From: Gemmatimonadota bacterium
GTDB lineage: Bacteria > Gemmatimonadota > Gemmatimonadetes > Gemmatimonadales > GWC2-71-9
Length of the DNA: 64,000 nucleotides
Direction: 5' to 3'
Assembly (NCBI GenBank): GCA_003222085.1
Contig: QHUK01000024.1
Location: 2,078 to 66,077, forward strand
The position numbers and the translations under genes were made by a program. Positions 1 to 8,918 of this stretch are shown piece after piece. Below the pieces are notes generated by a model. The model saw only the letters and a list, made by a program, of their open reading frames with translations. It was not told the origin of the DNA and did no database searches. Position 1 is the first letter of the stretch. Each line of letters opens with the position of its first letter.

Positions 1-561
1 CTTGGGGTACCGCCGAATGACCGGGAGTGGCTCGACGGCCCGCACCGCCTGGTAGAGCGGGTGGCGGCGCGTGAGTGTCTGCTTTAAGAACGCGCTCGCC
101 GCGTCGCGCAGCTTGTTGAATTGGCGGCCCGCGCCCTTGGAGTCGTAGCGAGTCCGGAGTGCGCTGACCGCTGCGGGCAGGTTCGCGACCGTCGCGCCAG
201 TACGCGCCGCGGCGAGGATCTGTCGTTCTGCGATACCTAAGTCCCGACGGTGGCGATCGCCGGGCACGGTCTGCCGCCACGCTGCGAACGCCTCCGCGAG
301 CGGGCGCGCGTGCTCAGGCGTCGGGATCCGGGACCAGTCGCCGCCGCGGTAGTGACGCCAGCAATCGAGCAGCCGGAGCGTTCCGTCGCGCAGCTGTTCG
401 AGGATATCGAGCCGGCCGGCATCAGCGAGGGTGCGGCACATCGAGCGGAGATCTTCGAGGCGCTTCGCGTCGTGCGTCCCGGTGGCGCGTTCGATCCGGA
501 CGCCGCCGAACGTCCCCTTCAGAACGTAGGTGCCCTTACCGTGTGAGCGGAACGGAGTCAC
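1..561 (-). CDS. Probable tyrosine recombinase/integrase, N-terminal 187 codons (runs off left edge; absent from ORF track)
   Basis: Open frame from GTG 561 to position 1: MTPFRSHGKGTYVLKGTFGGVRIERATGTHDAKRLEDLRSMC...GAGRQFNKLRDAASAFLKQ. GTGA overlap with the xis-like stop; lies in a tRNA-att-bounded element. Catalytic residues would be outside the window. Confidence 0.65.
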   Translation of the reverse strand, partial: MTPFRSHGKGTYVLKGTFGGVRIERATGTHDAKRLEDLRSMCRTLADAGRLDILEQLRDGTLRLLDCWRHYRGGDWSRIPTPEHARPLAEAFAAWRQTVPGDRHRRDLGIAERQILAAARTGATVANLPAAVSALRTRYDSKGAGRQFNKLRDAASAFLKQTLTRRHPLYQAVRAVEPLPVIRRYPK

Positions 562-863
562 GTGGCTTGCTCCTCAACGTACTGTAACACGTGCCGCCCG
601 AGGTAGCGAACCAGGCGCCGGCTCGACGTCCAGCGCCTAATCGGCAGTTTCCGCAGCGTCCGCGTCGAGATGCCAAGCCATGCGGCGACCTGCTCTTGAG
701 TTAGAATCGCGTCGGGCGGATAGGCGATCGGCGGCCCGGGGGTGGGCGGGTTCAGGCCCCGCTCGTTGCCCACTGCGGTCCGGTGTTCACGGTCAGAGAG
801 CGCGAGGAGCCCCTGATCGGGGTCGAAGCGGGTCACTCTGTCGGCGGTCTGGCGGTCGACCAT
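558..863 (-). CDS. Excisionase-like HTH protein (start uncertain: ATG 863 or GTG 773)
   Basis: ILTQEQVAAWLGISTRTLRKL is an HTH_17/Xis-type motif; translationally coupled to the putative integrase. Confidence 0.7.
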   Translation of the reverse strand: MVDRQTADRVTRFDPDQGLLALSDREHRTAVGNERGLNPPTPGPPIAYPPDAILTQEQVAAWLGISTRTLRKLPIRRWTSSRRLVRYLGRHVLQYVEEQAT

Positions 864-870
864 GGCCCTG

Positions 871-1275
871 TCACGGTAAGCAGGGAGCGGGACGCCCCCG
901 GGGCGATGCTCCCGGCCTCTCGGATGGGCCGGTGATTGTCGTGGGACGTTCGAGCCCTCCAAGAGCCACTGCATGGGCCACGAGGGCGTGGTGTTCGTTT
1001 CGGATCTCTGCGAACTGCTCCGCAAGGTTTGGGTCCCCAGCCGACTGGACTTGGCGCAAAGCGTGTTCGAGCCTCCCTCCCAAGCGCGCGAGGGCGTGAA
1101 GCAACCGGTCGGTATCAGCGTGATGGCGGGCCTTCCGCACGGCGCCGAGCGCGGTCTCCCGAATGAAACGCGCCGGGTTCAAGCCACAGGCCTCGGCGCG
1201 CGCTGTGATGCGGGCGAGCTCGTCGCGGTGGAGACGGAGAAGCTTGGTTGCGGTACGGCGGCGCGAGGCAGGCAT
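871..1275 (-). CDS. MobC-like relaxosome accessory ribbon-helix-helix protein
   Basis: RTATKLLRLHRDELARITARAEACGLNPARFIRETALG...LLHALARLGGRL matches the MobC/MbeC pattern. Confidence 0.7.
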   Translation of the reverse strand: MPASRRRTATKLLRLHRDELARITARAEACGLNPARFIRETALGAVRKARHHADTDRLLHALARLGGRLEHALRQVQSAGDPNLAEQFAEIRNEHHALVAHAVALGGLERPTTITGPSERPGASPRGRPAPCLP

Positions 1276-1714
1276 GGATGCTCCAAGGAAGCGGCTCGCT
1301 CAGATGGACCCCTTCTACCTAGAAGTAGTCCCTCACCTGGGTAAGCGTGTCACCGTGGGGAGGCGAGGTGACTCCCTCTACAAGGGAATAGTCCCGGATG
1401 GGGGTCAGCGTGCCCGGGCCTGGGGCTCCGGGGCAGGGGAATGGACGACAGTTCGGCTGGGGAGGAGGCGTCTGCCCTTGAGCACGCGTCAGCGTGCGAA
1501 TGGGCGGCCTGGCGAGATATCGATGTGCACGTGCACCAGCACGCGCACCGATATCTCGGCACTAGCTTGCACGACGGAAAACGCTGCGGAAATCAGTGCA
1601 GCCTGGAATCTGCCTCAAAGTGTGGAAATCCAGCTCAACAGATGGTTTCACTACACGCGGGCTCGCCTCCCGGAGGCCCGCCGATCCAGGCCTGCCCTTG
1701 GCCGGCGGCTGCCC

Positions 1715-1820
1715 CAGAGCAACCCGGCTTCCGAGAAGCTCAGGCAGCGCTTCGCTCCGAGGACGAGATGGTCGTAGACTGGAATGTCCAAGAGACGGCC
1801 GACGTCGACGAACTGCCGGT
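1715..1820 (-). pseudogene. RadC/JAB-domain C-terminal remnant
   Basis: RQFVDVGRLLDIPVYDHLVLGAKRCLSFSEAGLL resembles the RadC C-terminus; the HNHPSG motif is missing. Confidence 0.7.
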
Positions 1821-2059
1821 TGCGCGCACCAGCCACGGCAGGGGCGGCTAGGTCCTGCGGCTTGCGACGGCGCCCCTCGTCTCGAGTCGCGTACTCGATT
1901 CATGTTACCATGATGCGTGCCCGAAGAGGCTCCGCGCGTCTCCGCGAATTCTCTGTAGCCGCGCACGCGCAAGGAACGTGGCGCGTCTGCCACGGAGCTA
2001 ACGGTCCGCACGGACCAGCAGCTTGCCGCGCGGACCGTCTCCAACTGGCCACCTGCGGA

Positions 2060-2075
2060 AGGCACGGGGTTTGCA
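2060..2075 (+). promoter_or_regulatory. Sigma-54 (-24/-12) promoter candidate
   Basis: AGGCACGGGGTTTGCA fits TGGCACG-N4-TTGCA with correct GG/GC spacing, 36 bp before ATG 2112. Confidence 0.55.
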
Positions 2076-2111
2076 CTTCCAGTTGGGCGGACCGCGTCAA
2101 TCGCTGATCAC

Positions 2112-2322
2112 ATGCCAAACGACACGATCGGACGCGAACGGCCTCGGCGGCGCGGGTGGGATCGGCGGCGGGATCTCGGCCGCCGGATCGTACGCGACCG
2201 GCGGCGGGACGTGATCCTGGTGCCGTTTCGAGCGCCGCAGCGCTTCGGATCGCCGCTCCCGCAGCCAGCGGCGCTCCGTCTCCGGGCGTCGCACGTCGCC
2301 GCCCGAAGGCTTTCATTCCTAG
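2112..2322 (+). pseudogene. Small Arg-rich (D/E)RR-repeat protein with a one-base frameshift near 2226-2229
   Basis: Removing one T from TTTC gives 69 aa: MPNDTIGRERPRRRGWDRRRDLGRRIVRDRRRDVILVPFERRSASDRRSRSQRRSVSGRRTSPPEGFHS*, with 6-residue periodicity on both sides of the shift. Confidence 0.55.
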
Positions 2323-2401
2323 ATCACTGCAACCGGCGCGGTAACTCAAACCCGCGAGGGCGTGTGGACTCGGCAAAACCCGGCCTTGGGAGAGGTGAGC
2401 A

Positions 2402-2815
2402 GTGAGCAGAGCCCCTGGTTCCATCACGGAGCGGCGAGGCGTGGTCGTGGTGCTGGAGGACAACGCCGACACGCGCGCTGCTTTGTCAGAGACCCTCTCA
2501 CGTGAAGGCTACGACGTGTTCGCGACGGCCGATGGCATTGAGGCGCTAGATCGTCTGAAGATCGTCCCAAGGCCCTGCGTGGTCTTGCTGGATCTCCATT
2601 TAGCGGGGATGAGCGGAGCGGATTTCTATCGTCGCCAACAGAGCGATCCAGCGCTGGCCTCGATTCCAGTCATTGCAGTCACCGCGGCTCCCCCCGACCA
2701 GCGTGCGGGCCTGGGCGCGATCCCCGTCATCCGCAAGCCTTTCGATCTAGACGAGCTCCGCTTCGCTATCGATCGCGTGACATCGCGCGAGAAGAAAGCG
2801 GGGCCAGCTTCCTGA
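2402..2815 (+). CDS. Single-domain response regulator (CheY-like receiver)
   Basis: VVVLEDN...VLLDLHLAGMSG...VIAVTA...RKPF; RBS GAGGTG upstream. Confidence 0.9.
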   Translation: MSRAPGSITERRGVVVVLEDNADTRAALSETLSREGYDVFATADGIEALDRLKIVPRPCVVLLDLHLAGMSGADFYRRQQSDPALASIPVIAVTAAPPDQRAGLGAIPVIRKPFDLDELRFAIDRVTSREKKAGPAS

Positions 2816-2856
2816 CGGAGGTCCGGACCTTCCTTGCCCCGTGCTTGTGCAGCGGC

Positions 2857-3075
2857 TCATCGTCGCGACGAACCGGACTGTCGCGAATGGTTGTGGATCT
2901 CCTCAAGGAAGTGGGGGAGGCGGTCGATCGCGTCCTGCGCGGTCGCGTAGTCGTGCAGGTACACCTCTTGGTGTTTCAGAGTCTTGATGAAGCGCTCGAC
3001 GGCCGCGTTGTCGTACGGGCTGCCGGTCCGCGACATCGAACCCCGGAGCCCGGCTTCCGCCGGGCGCTCGCGCGC
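2857..3075 (-). mobile_element. IS3-family transposase OrfB C-terminal remnant
   Basis: GLRGSMSRTGSPYDNAAVERFIKTLKHQEVYL..DRLPHFLEEIHN, the IS3 rve C-terminal motif, truncated. Confidence 0.85.
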
Positions 3076-3142
3076 GCGAGACGGCAACACCGTAAACTGT
3101 TGGGCGCGAGCGACCGTGTCAGGACTTTGCCGTCCGGCCTCG

Positions 3143-3577
3143 TCAGCCAGGAAGGCGTGGGCGCGGCCCGCCGCCCAGAGGTTGGAGTCGCTGTGGGGTG
3201 CATCGCCGGATCAAGGGACGTTCCCACGAGGCCGACCGACTTTTTTCGATTGACTCCCCCGGTGCCGAAGGCAGGCGCGGATCCCGCCAGGACCCGTCTT
3301 GAGACTCCAGTTCGTTGAGCGCCGTCCGTACGGCGGCCGCGCACTCGGGCTCGGCGCTGCGGTACACATCGTAGATGCTGCTGCCTCGCATCACCCGGTA
3401 CTCACGGGTCCCCACGGGGGCGACTCGGGCGTACGCGCGGACATCCCACTGCCCTGTCCCCGCGCATCCTGGATAACACGCCCACAGGTGGGAGAGCTCG
3501 GCCTCGGTAAGCATCGCGCCTTGCAGCTGTACATGCGCGCGTAATCGACTCGGAAAGTTGCTAGCCTCGATACTCAT
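3143..3577 (-). CDS. Hypothetical protein
   Basis: ATG-started 144-aa ORF directly downstream of the zinc-ribbon pseudogene; no recognised motif. Confidence 0.45.
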   Translation of the reverse strand: MSIEASNFPSRLRAHVQLQGAMLTEAELSHLWACYPGCAGTGQWDVRAYARVAPVGTREYRVMRGSSIYDVYRSAEPECAAAVRTALNELESQDGSWRDPRLPSAPGESIEKSRSASWERPLIRRCTPQRLQPLGGGPRPRLPG

Positions 3578-3578
3578 G

Positions 3579-4020
3579 TCACGGTCCCCTTCTATAACCT
3601 AAGAGCCGGCCGTCTTTGGTCAGGGACGGCACGTCCCGATCTGAGGCGACCGCCGACGGGACGGCCCGGCGCCAGTCGGCTTTGCGGCCCGCCGGGTCCC
3701 GTTCCACCTCAAACCAGCCCTTACAACGAACACACCGCATTCGCTCCGCCATGGCAGCCAGCGTCACGCGTTCGGCGCAATTGGGGCAGACGGCGTATGG
3801 GTGCCCGACTCCTGGGCGACCACTGACCACGTGTTCGGTGGCTCGCGACGGATGTCAGCGACGTACGACCGCGCAACGACCACCGGTCTGTGACGCACCA
3901 CGAGGACGAGTTCTTCCGGCCCAACGCTCAGAACGGGGTACCACGCACCGCGCCGCAACCCGTACGGGGCGTTCACTTCCACGCGGGCACATCGTTCTGG
4001 TCCTACACGTTCTGGATTCA
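3579..4020 (-). pseudogene. Frameshifted LRxGAWYPV / CxxC-CxxC zinc-ribbon protein (paralog of 9678-10064)
   Basis: One frame gives LRRGAWYPVLS...PPNTWSVV; the other continues YAVCPNCAERV...CVRCK. Shift near 3800. Confidence 0.65.
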
Positions 4021-4196
4021 GAGCACCTCGGCCAGCACCAACGACTGAGGAAGCTGCACATTCTGCACGTTTGCGCAATATACCGTCCCCGCATCGGTCA
4101 TGTCGAGGCCGCGCCACAGATATCACTCGACCCGTCTTGACACTCCTTCTGTCGTTATGGTGACACGTCTGCGGTCGCGGTGAACGTGAACTGCGC

Positions 4197-4230
4197 CGGT
4201 CGTAGCAACCGCCACGGTCGTAGCAACCGC
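4197..4230. repeat. 16-bp direct repeat CGGTCGTAGCAACCGC x2 (18-bp period), candidate operator
   Basis: Exact copies at 4197-4212 and 4215-4230, each with a CGGT-N7-ACCG dyad, in a divergent intergenic region. Confidence 0.6.
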
Positions 4231-4324
4231 ACGGGTGCGCTACACCGCCCAACGAATGGCTCCAATTGCTACCTGACGGCAATACGCGGTGACACGGTGA
4301 AGACTACCGCAAGGTGGTCAGGGC

Positions 4325-4352
4325 TTGATTCCTTCGGGCGGGGGGATACAAT
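4325..4352 (+). promoter_or_regulatory. Sigma-70-like promoter candidate for the wHTH-kaiC-kinase operon
   Basis: TTGATT-N16-TACAAT about 50 bp before ATG 4400. Confidence 0.45.
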
Positions 4353-4399
4353 GCGATCATGGAGCGTCATCTTCGAAGTGGACCGGCGTCTCCAGGTGG

Positions 4400-4813
4400 A
4401 TGATGAGCGAAGGCGCCGAGGATGTTCTCGCCCGCCTCCCCTACCTCCACCATCGGTGCGACCTCGATCTCCTGGTCTTTTTTCACCGCCATCCACGCGT
4501 GCTGCTGACCAGCGACCGCCTTGTCGCTGTCTTGGGGTACGACCTCAAACAGGTCACTGGGTCGTTGGAGACCCTAATCGCGGCGAAAGTGGTCACGCGA
4601 ACACAGCACCAAGCCACTGGGGCTCGGATGTATGCCTTTAAGGTGTTCGATAACGACAACGATCCCCTCGCACCGCTGCTCCGGACTGCGTCTGCCCGAG
4701 CGGGACGGCTCGCGATCATCCGAGCGCTCGAAAGCCGACAGGTGAAGGAACCAGATGGCGCATCGCGCTCCCGCCTCCCCCAACGGCCTGGCGAAAGTCC
4801 CAATGGCGAATGA
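4400..4813 (+). CDS. Winged-helix-like hypothetical protein
   Basis: LDLLVFFHRHP...TSDRLVAVLGYDLKQVTGSLETLIAAKVVTRT...ARMYAF fits a wHTH pattern; overlaps the KaiC start. Confidence 0.7.
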   Translation: MMSEGAEDVLARLPYLHHRCDLDLLVFFHRHPRVLLTSDRLVAVLGYDLKQVTGSLETLIAAKVVTRTQHQATGARMYAFKVFDNDNDPLAPLLRTASARAGRLAIIRALESRQVKEPDGASRSRLPQRPGESPNGE

Positions 4814-6377
4814 GACCAAGGCGGTGAATCTCATGCCGACGCCCGAAAATTTCGCGCGTACCGGGATCAGCGGTCTGGATTCGATCCTCGAAGGGGGCAT
4901 CCCGCGAAGCAACGTCACTCTGGTTGAAGGGGCCATCGGGACAGGCAAGACCACCATGGGGGTCGAGTTCGTCTATCGCGGGGCAAGCGAGTTCAACGAG
5001 CCCGGCCTTATCGTGCTCTTCGAGGTCTCGCCGGAAAAGGTGGTGCGCGATGCCGCGCAGTTGGGCTGGGATCTCGCCGCGCTGGAGCGGCAGGGGCGAG
5101 TGAGGATCGTCTTTACGACGCGCCAGGTGTTCCGCCAGGAATTGCAGCAGGCGGACAGTCTCTTGCTCCAGACGGCCGCCCAGATGAACGCTGCCCGCCT
5201 CTTCGTCGATGGGGTCGTCGGCGTGATCGACGGCGGGGGAGACGGGCAGGAGCCGCGCGAAGCGTTTCACGTGCTGGTGGAAGGTCTCCAGCGCGACCGG
5301 CTCACCGCCATGCTGGCGGTCGAGGCCAGCGCGCTCAGCCAGGGCCGGCTACCGGTGTTGGAAGAGTCGATTGCTGATACCGTGATCCGCTTACGAATGG
5401 AGGAAGTGCAGCGCGCGACCACTCGATCCATCGAGATCATCAAGTCACGCGGCCATTCGTACCAAATGGGCCGACACACCTTCCGCATCGTGACCGGTCG
5501 GGGCATCGAGGTCTACCGCCGCGTCCAGGCGCCGCGAGCTGCGAGCCGTGATCGGGCCGCCGCCTTCGATCCGAGCAGTCGCGTAACGACGGGAGTTCCC
5601 GGGCTCGACGAGGTCGTGAATGGGGGGTACTTCCTCGGCAGCACGACGGTGGTGGCCGGGATCTCCGGTGTGGGCAAGAGCGTGATGGCGCTCCAATACA
5701 TCACCGAAGGCGCGCGTCTCGGTGAGCCGAGTCTCATGCTCACGCTGGACGAACAGGTGCCCCAGGTGCTCCGGAACGCCAACAGTATCGGGATCGACCT
5801 TCAATCGCACATTAACCGCGGGGTGGTCCAACTTTACTACGACCCACCTCAGGAGATTGAGGTGGATCACCACTTCCACAACATCGAGCAGATCGTGAAG
5901 GATTTCCGGCCCCGGCGGGCCGTGATCGACAGTATCTCAACCTATGGGTCGAGCCTCGGCACCCAGGGGCGCGTCTTTCGGGACTTCTTCCACGCACTGG
6001 TCGCGCTGATGAAGGAATACCAGGTGGCAGCGGTCTATAACCACGAAAACCCCGAGATGCTCGGCATGTCGTCCATGATGGGTGCGTTCGGGATGAGCTC
6101 GCTGGTGGATAACATCATCTTGATGAACTGGATCGAGCTGGGTGACACGTTCCGGCTGGGCCTCACGGTGGCCAAGATGCGCGCCAATCCGACGGTCCGG
6201 GAGACCCATGAGTGCGAGATTACGGATGGGCAGGGAATGCGGGTGCTGCCGCGCCACCTGCCGCTCACTGCTCCGATGGCGATGGCTCCTTTCTCCAGCT
6301 TCGCTGGCCTGATTTCTCGGGCGCCAGAGCGGCATACCCATGGTACGGAACCCGGTGAGGGAACCGGGGGGCAGTAG
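4803..6377 (+). CDS. KaiC-family double RecA-domain ATPase
   Basis: TGISGLDSILEGGIP, Walker A GAIGTGKT, IIKSRG; second domain TGVPGLDEVVNGG, GISGVGKS, VIDSIS, MSSLVDNII, KMR. Confidence 0.92.
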   Translation: MANETKAVNLMPTPENFARTGISGLDSILEGGIPRSNVTLVEGAIGTGKTTMGVEFVYRGASEFNEPGLIVLFEVSPEKVVRDAAQLGWDLAALERQGRVRIVFTTRQVFRQELQQADSLLLQTAAQMNAARLFVDGVVGVIDGGGDGQEPREAFHVLVEGLQRDRLTAMLAVEASALSQGRLPVLEESIADTVIRLRMEEVQRATTRSIEIIKSRGHSYQMGRHTFRIVTGRGIEVYRRVQAPRAASRDRAAAFDPSSRVTTGVPGLDEVVNGGYFLGSTTVVAGISGVGKSVMALQYITEGARLGEPSLMLTLDEQVPQVLRNANSIGIDLQSHINRGVVQLYYDPPQEIEVDHHFHNIEQIVKDFRPRRAVIDSISTYGSSLGTQGRVFRDFFHALVALMKEYQVAAVYNHENPEMLGMSSMMGAFGMSSLVDNIILMNWIELGDTFRLGLTVAKMRANPTVRETHECEITDGQGMRVLPRHLPLTAPMAMAPFSSFAGLISRAPERHTHGTEPGEGTGGQ

Positions 6378-6385
6378 GTCCCGTC

Positions 6386-7636
6386 ATGGCAGGGATCGAC
6401 GACGCCCTCTTCAGTGACGTCGTATGGCAGCAGGCTCTAGCGAAGTTCGCCGCGGTGACTCGGCTGACCGTCGTCGTGTATGGAGTCGACGAGGCCGTGG
6501 TTTCCGGTCCCATCCATCCAACGCCACTGTTCGCGTTATTCCAGAAGGCGGGCTACCAGCCCCGCATCTTCGCGGAGTGTGGCCGAAGGTGCCTGGCGCA
6601 GGCGCTGGATCGTCCGGCGATCAGTCTGGTGTCCTCCTACGGCTTGGCCGTGGTGGGCACGTCGCTGGTGCTCGAGGGCGAGGTCGTAGGCGCAGCCGTC
6701 GCCGGGTACACGTTCGTGGACTTCTGCCACCCGTCCGCTGTAGAGCGACTCGCCCGTGACTGCGGGGTGCCGTTTCAGACGGTGTGGGACGTCGCCCGCA
6801 CCACCCAGCCAGTGCCCGAACGGCGGCTGATCCTCCTCGGCGAGTTGTTGCAAGTGCTCGGGGACGCGCTGTGGGAGTACCGGAGCCGTCGTCACTACCA
6901 GGACACCGCGGCACAGCTGACGGAGGCGGCAGCCGCCAAGGATGACTTCCTGGCGGTGCTCTCACACGAGCTGCGAACCCCCCTCACCCCCATCCTGTTG
7001 TGGACCCGCCTGGTCAACCGCAACAGTGATGCGGCCGTCATCGAGCGGGCGATGGAGGTGATCGAGCGGAATGCGCAGCTCCAGGTGAGGCTGGTCGACG
7101 ACCTTCTCGACCTTAGTCGTGCGACGAGGGGAAGCATCACCCTCGATCTCCAGACGCGAGACCTGGGCGGCGAAGTCCGTATCGCGGTGGAGGCCCTGGT
7201 CGAGACAGCGCAAGAGCAGGGGCTCGAGCTGCTGCTTGCGCCAGTAAACCAGCCGCTGCCGATCAACGCGGACGCCGATCGGCTTCAGCAGATCCTGACG
7301 AATGTCCTCTCCAACGCCATCAAATTCACTCCGGACGGTGGCCGCGTCGAAGTGACCGTTGGGCACGATGCTGACGCCGGCGTAGTACACGTACGCGATA
7401 CCGGCGAAGGGATAGAGGCCGACTTCCTCCCCCATGTCTTCGAGATGTTCCGTCAGCAGGACAAAGGTCCTGGTCGCAGACATTCGGGACTCGGCATCGG
7501 CCTCGCGCTGGTGAAACAGCTCACCGAGCTTCATGGCGGCACCGTGACGGTCGCCAGCGAGGGGACAGGACGCGGGACGGAAGTCACCATCCGCCTCCGC
7601 CTGGTTCCCGACGCCGGCGCGCCGGCAATGGGATAG
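6386..7636 (+). CDS. Soluble sensor histidine kinase with PocR-like N-terminal domain
   Basis: N-terminal WQQALAKFAAVT...AECGRRC...YGLAVVGTSLVLEGEVVG (PocR-like); H-box LSHELRTPL; NAIKFT, DTGEGI, GLGIGL. Confidence 0.88.
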   Translation: MAGIDDALFSDVVWQQALAKFAAVTRLTVVVYGVDEAVVSGPIHPTPLFALFQKAGYQPRIFAECGRRCLAQALDRPAISLVSSYGLAVVGTSLVLEGEVVGAAVAGYTFVDFCHPSAVERLARDCGVPFQTVWDVARTTQPVPERRLILLGELLQVLGDALWEYRSRRHYQDTAAQLTEAAAAKDDFLAVLSHELRTPLTPILLWTRLVNRNSDAAVIERAMEVIERNAQLQVRLVDDLLDLSRATRGSITLDLQTRDLGGEVRIAVEALVETAQEQGLELLLAPVNQPLPINADADRLQQILTNVLSNAIKFTPDGGRVEVTVGHDADAGVVHVRDTGEGIEADFLPHVFEMFRQQDKGPGRRHSGLGIGLALVKQLTELHGGTVTVASEGTGRGTEVTIRLRLVPDAGAPAMG

Positions 7637-7742
7637 GCTCCACGCGCCGCCGGGACGGGAGGATGTCCCCCTGACCCGCACGTTCAGAGGGTGGCGGCTG
7701 GGCGAGCCGGTCGTCGCCGGCCCGCACACGTTCGCTCTGTAC

Positions 7743-7976
7743 GTGAACTTGAACGGCGCGGTCCGGGAATATGAGCACACCGTCGTCGAGGGTGCCGTGG
7801 ACGATCTGCATTGGTCCCCCTGGGAGTCGCTCGCGGAGATGGAGCGCGACCTCGCCGCCACAGCCAAGTCGCACACCGCGATGGGGACGGCGGCGGCTCC
7901 GGGGTGGAGCGAGTTGCGCGACCGCGTGGCTGCGCTTCGGGCGCCGGTCGAGAGCGTGGGGGGGAGGACGCCGTGA
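7743..7976 (+). CDS. Hypothetical small protein (start uncertain)
   Basis: Open frame whose TGA overlaps the next GTG start. Confidence 0.3.
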   Translation: MNLNGAVREYEHTVVEGAVDDLHWSPWESLAEMERDLAATAKSHTAMGTAAAPGWSELRDRVAALRAPVESVGGRTP

Positions 7977-8227
7977 CGGACAGCCGATTCGACGCTCGGT
8001 GGCAGGAACTCGTCCAGCTAACGGAGCAGGAGTTCTGGAACGGTGGTCAAAACCCCGCTGGCGGTGTCTTTGACCCCAAACGCGCGGGACTGAACCTTCT
8101 CGGAATCCTGAGCGACGACAGCTATTTCTCGGTTGAGCTTACAGAGGAACACGTACTAACGGGCGACCTCGCCCGCATGGCGCAGGAGTTATACACGGCG
8201 TACTGCGCCGCATGGGACCTCCGGTGA
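7973..8227 (+). CDS. Hypothetical acidic protein (84 aa)
   Basis: GGAGG RBS and GTGA coupling; MTDSRFDARWQELVQLTEQEFW...AAWDLR. Confidence 0.5.
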   Translation: MTDSRFDARWQELVQLTEQEFWNGGQNPAGGVFDPKRAGLNLLGILSDDSYFSVELTEEHVLTGDLARMAQELYTAYCAAWDLR

Positions 8228-8247
8228 AAGTATCGCGTGCTCGCCCG

Positions 8248-8415
8248 TCAGCCATACTGCTCGTGTGAACACCGACTATGCAGTCCGGGCGCACAGAGAT
8301 CGCGATGGGCCTCGCGCGCCGCGAGCCCCTTCGCGCTCCTTTCGCCCACCGGATACGCCTCAACGAGCTGCAGCTTGAACTCCGTGCTGTACCGTCGATG
8401 GCGACGTACACCCAT
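8248..8415 (-). mobile_element. IS3-family transposase OrfA N-terminal remnant
   Basis: MGVRRHRRYSTEFKLQLVEAYPVGERSAKGLA is an HTH_Tnp_1-type start; below the ORF-track length cut-off. Confidence 0.7.
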
Positions 8416-8489
8416 GACGACCTTCGAGCCGACCGCCTCAACGGTCGATTCGCACCCCCCGATCTGCCCACTTCGAGCGGTTCATTCCG

Positions 8490-8518
8490 GAGTGTGCAAT
8501 TTTCACCCGTCGCTAACA
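8490..8518 (-). mobile_element. Insertion-sequence terminal-inverted-repeat-like end
   Basis: Minus strand reads TGTTAGCGACGGGTGAAAATTGCACACT, a TG-starting IS-end-like sequence about 75-100 bp upstream of the OrfA remnant. No partner IR found. Confidence 0.45.
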
Positions 8519-8918
8519 ACACGAAGGGGCCGGCTAACGGATCACCGGCTGAGCTCAAGCCGCTGACGATAGGATTGCAGTACAGCCGCGCGTTGATGCA
8601 GAATCGGGCGTTGCTGAACCAGAATGAGGAGAGTGCTCTCTACCTTGTTCGCCGAGGGGGGGCCATGAGTCTACTTTCAGCACCGCCATGCCGGAGTCCA
8701 GCCTACGTTTTCGCTTGGTGATCGCCTGCGCCTCCGACTCAACACGGGGGGATGTGAGCGGCATTGTAACGCGATTGCACACCGACACCGAGTTGTTCTG
8801 GTTGCTGAGCATCGCCCGACCTATAGCGGCGGCGCCGAAGATGTGTCGTCGGTCGGTTGCCACTTGTCTGGCCCTTCTGATGCTGGATGACCACCTGAGG
8901 GTCCTCAGGGTCCTACCC

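Noticed and set aside
4803-6377. Circadian KaiABC clock
   Set aside because: No kaiA or kaiB in the window, and the EE and ST motifs are altered.
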